DNA from: an uncultured Erythrobacter sp.
Lineage (GTDB): Bacteria > Pseudomonadota > Alphaproteobacteria > Sphingomonadales > Sphingomonadaceae
DNA: 64,000 nucleotides
Direction of reading: 5' to 3'
NCBI GenBank assembly: GCA_964516135.1
Contig: CAZEWN010000013.1
Coordinates: forward strand, 1,251 to 65,250
The position numbers and the translations under genes were made by a program. The notes beneath the pieces were generated by a model. The model saw only the letters and a list, made by a program, of their open reading frames with translations. It did not search any database and was not told where the DNA came from. Positions 57,188 through 64,000 of the stretch are shown here, piece by piece. Numbering within the stretch: the stretch's first letter is position 1; each line of letters starts with the position of its first letter.

Positions 57188-58585
57188 CTAGAGAGGTCGG
57201 AACGTTACCTTCAGCCCGTCTTTCGGCTTGGGGATTGGCCAGGCCTGCCATTCGGGCGAATAGCCTGGCTCGACCGCAATCTCGTAACGGGTGAGGATTT
57301 GCGCCATCAAGATCTTCACCTGCATGTAGGCGAAGTGGAGCCCCAGGCACATGTGCGCGCCGCCACCGAATGGAACCCAGGCATATTTGTGTCGCGCCTT
57401 CACCGCCTCGGGCGTGAAGCGCAATGGATCGAAGCGCGTGGGATTGGGCCAGTACTCTTCCATCAGATGAACATACTGCGTGTTGATGCCAACCTGCGTC
57501 CCCGCCGGTATGCGGTAGCCAGCATATTCGAATTCGCGCAACGCGCGGCGCGGGGTCGAAGGCACGGGTGCGATCAGGCGCAATGATTCCTTGAACGCCA
57601 TCTCGGTTAGTTCGAGCTTGCCCAGATCATCGTAGCCGATGTCGTACGCCCCCCCGGTCGCCGCCACGATCTCGGCGCGCAGTTTATCCTGCCATTCGGA
57701 ATGCTTCGCCAGTAGCCAGACAAGCGACGTCGCGCTGGAAGTGATGGTGTCATGCGCGGCCATCATCAGGAAGTTCATGTGGTCGACCACTTCATCGACC
57801 GGCAGCAGGCTGCCATCCTCGCGGGTCGCGGTGGCAAACTGGCTGAACATGTCCTGCCCGCCGCCCTCAGCGCGGCGGCGGTGCGTTTCGCGGGTGAAAT
57901 AGTCGACCAGGAATGCCCGCCCCTTTACCCCGCGGCGCATCTGGGTGAACGGCAACGGCCGGCGGATCGGCGCGACCGATGCCTGGACCATGTCGACAAA
58001 CGCCTGGTTGATTCGGTCCGCTTCCGGCCCCCAGGAAATGCCGATGAAGCTGTCGGCGGCAAGGTCCAAGGTCAGCTGCTTGATCGCCGGGTAGAACGGC
58101 ATGGGCTTGTCGCCCCAGTCCTTTACGACGCGTGCGATGCCACTGTTGAGGCTGCCGGCGTAGTGGCGCATTGGACCCGGCTTGAAGGCGATCGACAGCG
58201 CGCGCCGGTCAACCCGATGATGGTCGAAATCGATGAGCATCAGCCCGCGCGGAAACAGCTTGTCGAGGATCGGGCCCCAACCCTGTTCGCTGGAGAAAAT
58301 CTTCTCGCGGTCGAACAGCACCAGCTCGTTCGCCTCCGCGCCTACAAGCGCAACGGTCCACCCGCCGAAGGCACGGTTCTTGTAGACCGGACCATAGGTG
58401 CCGATCATCCGCTTCGTGAACCCGTGTGGATCGGCCAGCATGCGAAAGGTATTGCCCACGACCGGCGGCCCCGCCTCGCCCGGGATATGGTCGAGCGCTT
58501 CTCCCGGCAGCCGCTCGCTCCAATGGCGTGGAGTTGCCTCGGCGGAGGCAGCGGGGGCGAATTCGGATGTTGCGAGCGTGGCCAT
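57188..58585 (-). CDS. Cytochrome P450
   Basis: 465 aa. The heme-binding loop is FGGGAHMCLGLHFA, the I-helix is ...AAHDTITSS... and there is an E..R motif. Confidence 0.95.
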   Translation of the reverse strand: MATLATSEFAPAASAEATPRHWSERLPGEALDHIPGEAGPPVVGNTFRMLADPHGFTKRMIGTYGPVYKNRAFGGWTVALVGAEANELVLFDREKIFSSEQGWGPILDKLFPRGLMLIDFDHHRVDRRALSIAFKPGPMRHYAGSLNSGIARVVKDWGDKPMPFYPAIKQLTLDLAADSFIGISWGPEADRINQAFVDMVQASVAPIRRPLPFTQMRRGVKGRAFLVDYFTRETHRRRAEGGGQDMFSQFATATREDGSLLPVDEVVDHMNFLMMAAHDTITSSATSLVWLLAKHSEWQDKLRAEIVAATGGAYDIGYDDLGKLELTEMAFKESLRLIAPVPSTPRRALREFEYAGYRIPAGTQVGINTQYVHLMEEYWPNPTRFDPLRFTPEAVKARHKYAWVPFGGGAHMCLGLHFAYMQVKILMAQILTRYEIAVEPGYSPEWQAWPIPKPKDGLKVTFRPL

Positions 58586-58595
58586 GCGTCACTCC

Positions 58596-58617
58596 TTACC
58601 TACACGAGTGTAAGTAA
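58596..58617. promoter_or_regulatory. 22-bp near-perfect AT-rich palindrome abutting the P450 ribosome-binding site
   Basis: TTACCTACAC-GA-GTGTAAGTAA, with 9 of 11 positions symmetric. It sits between the hemH stop (58627) and the P450 start (58585). Confidence 0.4.
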
Positions 58618-58626
58618 ATCCTAACG

Positions 58627-59649
58627 CTAAATCCAGCCCGACAATTCGCGGCGAATAATCGTGTCCAGCATGTTCATTCCTGCTTCGGATGTGTTGAGGC
58701 AGGCAAGTGCGGCGTATTGTTCGCCACCGGCGGCCAGGAATGTCTCACGGCCTTGCATGGCGATCTCCTCCAGCGTTTCGAGGCAGTCGGCGGCGAATCC
58801 TGGCATCGCCACCGCCATGCGGCGGGTGCCCGCCAGGGCTTCGGCCTCGATCGTCGTATCGGTGGCGGGTTCCAGCCATTTGGCCCGGCCGAAGCGCGAT
58901 TGGAATGTCGTAACCACGCGCAGGCCGGGCCGGGCCAGTGCCTGCTCCAGCAGCCGCGCGGTCTTGCGGCAGTGACAGTGGTATGGGTCGCCCAGGTGCA
59001 GGGTTCGCTCGGGCATTCCGTGGAAGCTCAACAACAGCACTTCGGGCATGAAGGCGAGCCCGTCCAGCTGTCGGCCGAGATCGGCGGAAAGCGCGGCGAT
59101 ATGCGCCGGGTCGTCATGATAGGGGGGCAGGGTCCGCAGCGCGGGTTGCCAACGCATTGTGCGCAAGGTTTCCGCAGCTTTGTCCACAACCGTCGCCGTC
59201 GTCGCCGCGCAGTATTGCGGATAGAGCGGCGCGAGCAGGATGCGCTCGCACCCCGCTTCCATCAGCGCGCGCAGCCGTGTGTCGATCGCGGGACTGCCGT
59301 ACCGCATTGCCCAGTCGACCCGCACATCCATGCCAAGCCGCGCTTGCAGCGCTTCGGCCTGGGCACGGGTGATGGCCGCGAGTGGCGATCCGGCCTCCGT
59401 CCAGACCTGTGCGTATGCGTGGGCAGACTTCTTGGGCCGGGTGTTCAGCACGATCCCGCGCAGGATCGGTTGCCACAACAGCGCGGGAATTTCGACGACG
59501 CGGCGGTCCGAAAGAAATTCCTTGAGATAGCGTCGCACCGATGCTGGATCGGGCGCTTCGGGCGTCCCAAGGTTCACCAGCAATACCCCCACCCCGCTGC
59601 TGCGAACCGGCTGGTGGGTCGAGGGCGGCGATTGCGGTTGCCAGGTCAT
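58627..59649 (-). CDS. hemH: Ferrochelatase
   Basis: VGVLLVNLGTPEAP....VRRYL.EFLSDRRVVE...LYPQY...SFHG.P... The ATG overlaps the stop of the upstream gene (atga). The long N-terminal extension in the tracked ORF is rejected. Confidence 0.95.
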   Translation of the reverse strand: MTWQPQSPPSTHQPVRSSGVGVLLVNLGTPEAPDPASVRRYLKEFLSDRRVVEIPALLWQPILRGIVLNTRPKKSAHAYAQVWTEAGSPLAAITRAQAEALQARLGMDVRVDWAMRYGSPAIDTRLRALMEAGCERILLAPLYPQYCAATTATVVDKAAETLRTMRWQPALRTLPPYHDDPAHIAALSADLGRQLDGLAFMPEVLLLSFHGMPERTLHLGDPYHCHCRKTARLLEQALARPGLRVVTTFQSRFGRAKWLEPATDTTIEAEALAGTRRMAVAMPGFAADCLETLEEIAMQGRETFLAAGGEQYAALACLNTSEAGMNMLDTIIRRELSGWI

Positions 59650-61904
59650 AATCCCTCCGAAAGCAATGGCAACCTGCGCAGCCGCAGCCCCGTCGCCGAA
59701 TGAAGCGCATTGGCGATCGCGGGCGCGGCGACCACCGTACCCAGCTCGCCCGGATCGAATGGCAGCGCATCGCTGGCAATGAATTCCACAACGATCTCGG
59801 GACAATCCGCGAGCCGGGGCAGGGAGAGATCGCGCAGATGGCCCCCGGTTGGCAGGCCGCCGGCATAGCCGGTCGATGCCCCGGTCGCAAACGCCATGCC
59901 GAATACTAGCCCGCCCTCGATCTGCTGCCGGGCGAGATCGAGGTTGACGATCCTGCCAATATCCACTGCGGCGGTGAGGCGCGAGACGCGCACACCGCCC
60001 TCGCCAGCGCGCGCGGTGGCGATGCATGCGATCCGCCCTTCCGCCGCGCCGAAACGCATCTGGTGGCAGGCCAGGCCCTGGCCGCTCTGGTCGGCACCCG
60101 CGTCCCATTGCGCCAGACGGGCGGCGAGTTGCAGGCAGGCAACCATGCGTGGATCGTCCCCCAGCATGGCGATGCGATAGCCCAGTGGCTCGCGTCGGGC
60201 GCGCGCGGCCAGCTCGTCGATGAAGCTCTCGGTCATGAACGCGGTCACGCCATCGCCGCCGCCACGCACCCGCCCGGTGGGCAGGCGGACATTGACCGGC
60301 ACGTGATCGACCGCGACGTCGGGGATCGCGTAGAACGGCATCGCGCCTGCCAAAGCCAATGCGTCCGCTTCTTCCTCGGTCATCGCGATCGCGGCACTGG
60401 GGGTTGCCCCATCGAACAGCCGTGCGCCCAGCTCGCGCATCGTCGGCGGCGTCGCGATCCGCGCGCGCCAGCTCGCTATGCCGCCATCGGCGGTGGTCCG
60501 GGCCGACAGCAGCGCCTTGGCCGGTGCGCGGGGTCGCCCGGCCAGCGATTCCTGCCACCGCGACCAGACGAGTTGCACCGGGCGCCCGACCTCGCGCGCG
60601 ATCAGCGCCACCTCGATCGCATGGTCGTGCTCCAGCCGCCGGTCGAAACTGCCGCCCGCGGGCATCGGGTAGAGCACGACGTCTTCGACATTGAGGCCCA
60701 CAGCCCTGGCTGCCGCCTCACGCGCCAGTTCCGGAGCCTGGCTTGCCAGCCACAGCTCCAGGCGCCCGTCGGCAAGCCGCGCGGTGGCACTGGCGGTTTC
60801 GAGCGTCGCGTGCAGCGCGGGTGCCATCTCGTAGCGTAGTGTCAGGTTTGGCTCGCCCATCGCGGCGTCGCCGTCGCCGCGAGTGGCAACGCGGATCGCC
60901 GTACCCTCGATCAGCCCGCGTTCGAGCCGCGCGTCGATCATGTCGCTGTCGAGCGGCCCGGTGACGGTAAACCTTGCCTCCGCCGCATTCAACGCCTGTT
61001 CCGCCGCCCACCAGTTGGTCGCTACCGCCGCGAGCCAGCGCTTGTGCCGTACCAGGTGGACCAGCCCCTGCGTGCGGCGAGCCGCGAAGTGGGTCAGCTC
61101 GCCCTCGGGCAGGGGAGCATGGCGGATCGCGGCGTAGACCATCCCGGGCAAGCGCACATCGCCTGCGAACAGGTAACTGCCATCGACCTTGGACGGAGTA
61201 TCGAGCCGGGGAAAGGCGCTGGCCTGCTCTGCTTCGCCCGCGATCGGGCGCTCGTGCAAAGGCTCGGTCCGCAGCGGAGGAGGGTCAGGTGGTTGATAGC
61301 CGCTCGCGTCGGCGGCGAGATCAGCGAACCGCAGCCGACGGTCGCCCAGCCGCACGAACCCCTCGCTCGCCTCGCACTCCTCCCACGCCGCATCCCAGCG
61401 GTCGGCTGCGGCCATGCACAGCATTGCCCGCGCCGCCGCCGCCGCCTCGCGCGCGGGCAACTCGTATGCAGCGAGCGAACTGCCAAGCGCGGTCGCATTG
61501 AAGCGGGCGAACTGAGCGAAACGCTCGGCAAAGACCGGTTCCTCACCTTGGGCGAGACCGGCGGCGAATGGCATCCACAATGGCGCCCAGTGGGCGGCAA
61601 GCGGCACGTTGGCGTAGGCGCCGCTCACTGGCGCGGGTTCGACCGCGACCTGGCGCCAGTCCGCCCCCAGCTCGCTGGCGACGACTTGCGGGATCAGCGT
61701 GGTGACGCCTTGGCCCATCTCGAGCTGCGGGACAGCCACCGTTACGACCCCGTCGCGCCCGATCTTGAGCCAGGCGCCAAAAGCATATTCGCCCGCGCCC
61801 GGCTGGAGCGGGGCATCATAGCGGCGCGGCATCAGCCCCCACGCGACCAGCAGCCCGCCGCCCACCGCGGCGCCGACCAGCAGCCCCCGGCGGGTGACAC
61901 GCAT
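59646..61904 (-). CDS. Molybdopterin-binding subunit of the xanthine dehydrogenase / aldehyde oxidase family (IorB-like), Tat signal
   Basis: 752 aa. MRVTRRGLLVGAAVGGGLL...LKIGRDGVVTVAVPQLEMGQGVTT is the typical IorB-type N-terminus. Confidence 0.85.
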   Translation of the reverse strand: MRVTRRGLLVGAAVGGGLLVAWGLMPRRYDAPLQPGAGEYAFGAWLKIGRDGVVTVAVPQLEMGQGVTTLIPQVVASELGADWRQVAVEPAPVSGAYANVPLAAHWAPLWMPFAAGLAQGEEPVFAERFAQFARFNATALGSSLAAYELPAREAAAAARAMLCMAAADRWDAAWEECEASEGFVRLGDRRLRFADLAADASGYQPPDPPPLRTEPLHERPIAGEAEQASAFPRLDTPSKVDGSYLFAGDVRLPGMVYAAIRHAPLPEGELTHFAARRTQGLVHLVRHKRWLAAVATNWWAAEQALNAAEARFTVTGPLDSDMIDARLERGLIEGTAIRVATRGDGDAAMGEPNLTLRYEMAPALHATLETASATARLADGRLELWLASQAPELAREAAARAVGLNVEDVVLYPMPAGGSFDRRLEHDHAIEVALIAREVGRPVQLVWSRWQESLAGRPRAPAKALLSARTTADGGIASWRARIATPPTMRELGARLFDGATPSAAIAMTEEEADALALAGAMPFYAIPDVAVDHVPVNVRLPTGRVRGGGDGVTAFMTESFIDELAARARREPLGYRIAMLGDDPRMVACLQLAARLAQWDAGADQSGQGLACHQMRFGAAEGRIACIATARAGEGGVRVSRLTAAVDIGRIVNLDLARQQIEGGLVFGMAFATGASTGYAGGLPTGGHLRDLSLPRLADCPEIVVEFIASDALPFDPGELGTVVAAPAIANALHSATGLRLRRLPLLSEGL

Positions 61905-61906
61905 TC

Positions 61907-62866
61907 TCAGCCAAGCCCCAGCTTGGCGGCAAGGTCGCGCGCGATTTCGGCAAAGGCCTTCGCTTCAGGCCCCTCGCCAGCGGCGGGTGGGCTGCCCGCA
62001 TCGCCCGCTTCGCGAAGCGTCAGGGTCAGCGGGATCCGGCCCAGGAACGGCAGGTCCATCGCCGCGGCTGCGGCCTCCACTCCGCCGCGCCCGAACGGGT
62101 CGCTTACCTCACCGCAATGGGGACAGGCATAACCAGCCATGTTTTCGACCAGCCCCAGCACCGGCACGCCGCCCGCCGCAAACAGTTGCAGCGCGCGGCG
62201 CGCGTCGATCAGCGCGAGGTCCTGCGGCGTCGAGACGATCACCGCGCCCGCTGGCTTGTGTTTCTGGAGCATCGAAAGCTGGACATCGCCGGTGCCGGGC
62301 GGCAGGTCGACAAGGATCAATTCGGCCGCACCCCAGTGCGCATCGATCAACTGGCCCAGAGCATTGCCCGCCATCGGCCCGCGCCAGGCGAGCGCCTTGC
62401 CCGGATCAACGAGGTGGCCCATCGAAAGGACAGGCACGCCCCAGCGGCTGTCTACCGGCACCAGCTTGCCATCTTCGGCCACGGGTCGCTCGCCCGCGTT
62501 GCCCAGGATTGTCGGCTGGGAGGGGCCATAAATGTCCGCGTCAACCAGCCCGACCTTGTGCCCCATCCGCGCGAGTGCCACGGCGAGATTGGCGGTCAGC
62601 GTCGACTTGCCGACCCCGCCCTTGCCCGATCCCACCGCCACGATGCGGCGCTGCGGCCGGTCCGCCATCATCGCCACGCGCACCTCGGCAACGTCGGGTG
62701 CTTCGGCCAGGACGTCTTTTACTGCCGCTTCCAGCCCGGCGCGCGCGTCGGCGGCGAGCCCGGCTGCGTCCAGTAACAATGTCACCCGTCCCTCGGTCTG
62801 TTTCAGGGAAATGACCCGCGCCGCGATCGAAGCGGGCAGGCGTTCGGTCAGCGCCTCGTCGTCCAT
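61907..62866 (-). CDS. apbC: Mrp/NBP35/ApbC family Fe-S cluster carrier ATPase
   Basis: It has the deviant Walker A VGSGKGGVGKST and ...CPHCG.... Confidence 0.9.
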   Translation of the reverse strand: MDDEALTERLPASIAARVISLKQTEGRVTLLLDAAGLAADARAGLEAAVKDVLAEAPDVAEVRVAMMADRPQRRIVAVGSGKGGVGKSTLTANLAVALARMGHKVGLVDADIYGPSQPTILGNAGERPVAEDGKLVPVDSRWGVPVLSMGHLVDPGKALAWRGPMAGNALGQLIDAHWGAAELILVDLPPGTGDVQLSMLQKHKPAGAVIVSTPQDLALIDARRALQLFAAGGVPVLGLVENMAGYACPHCGEVSDPFGRGGVEAAAAAMDLPFLGRIPLTLTLREAGDAGSPPAAGEGPEAKAFAEIARDLAAKLGLG

Positions 62867-62940
62867 CGGTCAGCGCCCTAGCACCAAAATCGGCAGGGCA
62901 ACCCCTGTTTTTCCCGCAATCGGCCCCTATAAAGACCGGC

Positions 62941-64000
62941 ATGGACACTTGGGATGGTTTGCGGAAGCGGTTCGGACTGGCGATGGCCGGCAAGAGCCCG
63001 TGGGGATCTGGCGGCGATGACGGCAAGGGGGGGGGCGGCGATGGCGAACCTTCGAGCGGCGGCGAGGGCGAAGGGGGCGGCAAGCGTCGCGGCCCGCGCA
63101 ATCCATGGCTTCCGCCAAGCGACGGTCCGCGTGATGGTCCGCGCCGCGCAGCGAACATAGAAGACCTGTTCAAGCAGCGCGGGCCCGAAGGGCCACGGCG
63201 CGGCATTGGCGGCCCTCGCGGCCCCAATTTCCGTCTTCCGGAGCGGCCTGGCGGCAAGAGCTGGCTGCCGATCCTGGCGGTCGGCCTGGTATCGGTGTTG
63301 CTCCTGTTTTCGATGTTTCACCAAATTTCCCCTGGACAGCAAGCGGTGGTGACGACGTTCGGCAAATATACCAGGACGCTCGAGCCAGGCCTCAACATGA
63401 CGCTGCCCTGGCCGATCCAGCAGGTCGACCGCGAGAACGTGTCGCAGATCCGCCTGCAGCGTATTCCCGAGGGGCAAGAGCAGAAGCTTGTCCTGACTGG
63501 CGACCAGAACCTGGTCGACCTGTCCTATATCGTGCGATGGAACATCAAGGACCTGAAGCAGTTCAAATTCCAGCTGGCCGATCCCACCCTGACCGTCACC
63601 GAGGTTGCCGAATCGGCCATGCGCGCGGCGGTGGCAGAACAAACGCTTGACGATGCTTTCTCCGGCGCCGGACGGGCGGAGATCGAAGATCGCGTGCAGC
63701 GCCGCATGCAGGCGTTGCTCGATGCCTACCGCGCCGGGATCCAGATCCAGGGCGTCGAAATCGCGAAGACCGATCCGCCGGCCGAGGTCAACGACGCGTT
63801 TCGCGACGTTTCCGTTGCCGAACAGGATGCCAATGCCGCGATGAACCGGGCCCGCGCAACCGCGCAGCGTATCCTGGCGCAGGCGCAGGGCGAAACCGAG
63901 GCATTCGACAAGGTGTACGAGCAGTACCGGCTTGCCCCAGAAGTGACCCGACGTCGGCTCTATTACGAAACCATGGAGCGGGTGTTGAGCCAGACCGACA
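62941..64000 (+). CDS. hflK: FtsH protease modulator HflK (3' end beyond window)
   Basis: The frame is open from ATG 62941 to the window end and is absent from the ORF track because it has no stop. A Gly-rich N-terminus and a TM segment are followed by the SPFH domain ...VVTTFGKYTRTLEPGLNMTLPWPIQQV...TGDQNLVDL.YIVRW...I.I.GVEI....PP.EV..AF.DV. The antisense ORF 62878..63642 is rejected. Confidence 0.9.
   Translation, partial: MDTWDGLRKRFGLAMAGKSPWGSGGDDGKGGGGDGEPSSGGEGEGGGKRRGPRNPWLPPSDGPRDGPRRAANIEDLFKQRGPEGPRRGIGGPRGPNFRLPERPGGKSWLPILAVGLVSVLLLFSMFHQISPGQQAVVTTFGKYTRTLEPGLNMTLPWPIQQVDRENVSQIRLQRIPEGQEQKLVLTGDQNLVDLSYIVRWNIKDLKQFKFQLADPTLTVTEVAESAMRAAVAEQTLDDAFSGAGRAEIEDRVQRRMQALLDAYRAGIQIQGVEIAKTDPPAEVNDAFRDVSVAEQDANAAMNRARATAQRILAQAQGETEAFDKVYEQYRLAPEVTRRRLYYETMERVLSQTD

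Noticed and set aside
56991-57350. 119-aa minus-strand ORF spanning the P450 3' end and the structured spacer.
   Set aside because: Its first half overlaps the P450 coding region out of frame. The remainder has lower GC3 than genuine genes here and no recognisable motif.
59650-60558. N-terminal extensions in tracked ORFs: hemH 643 aa, cysD 450 aa, LOG 348 aa, aguB 347 aa, SIMPL 336 aa and MaoC 329 aa.
   Set aside because: The extensions overlap upstream genes or promoter regions, are compositionally Arg/Gly/Pro-rich, and precede the conserved family N-termini. Internal starts were chosen instead.
62878-63642. 254-aa minus-strand ORF.
   Set aside because: The plus strand encodes an unmistakable HflK SPFH-domain protein across the same region. 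That frame is missing from the track only because it has no stop inside the window.

Overview
High-GC chromosomal segment with gene content typical of an alphaproteobacterium, probably Sphingomonadales-like. This rests on a PhyR-NepR-EcfG general stress locus, GapR/DUF2312, LptFG, and PHA and trehalose modules. I call about 68 protein genes, three tRNAs (Cys-GCA, Thr-CGU, Lys-UUU), one candidate sRNA, several sigma-EcfG-type promoters and a few intrinsic terminators. Most of the window is housekeeping: pyk, yebC-ruvC, phaC-phasin, clpS, lptFG, glmM-thiD, otsB-GH15-otsA, cysDNC-cysQ, folK, msrA, rsmB, hemH and hflK. I saw no rRNA, CRISPR array, intact IS, transposase or integrase. The most unusual region is the first 3 kb. 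Two diverged copies of the thiC 3' terminus (plus strand) and two diverged copies of the 3' module of an unidentified minus-strand gene are nested as direct repeats. They enclose a visibly low-GC orphan gene for a 382-aa nuclease-like protein and a terminase-small-subunit-like HTH gene followed by a 3 x 16-nt tandem repeat. I read this as the decayed trace of serial site-specific integrations. It is my best candidate for an undescribed accessory or defence-type module, but function is inferred, not shown. Other points worth a second look are listed here.
- A GsrN-like, EcfG-promoter-driven sRNA candidate next to phyR.
- An all-exported four-gene module (TonB receptor, SRPBCC, Tat-DUF1838, beta-lactamase-fold lipoprotein lacking the nucleophile serine) beside tRNA-Lys.
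- folK apparently needing a CTG start that overlaps the aguB stop.
- Three structured intergenic elements.
All coordinates were derived by hand from the ORF track and the sequence. No database searches were run.
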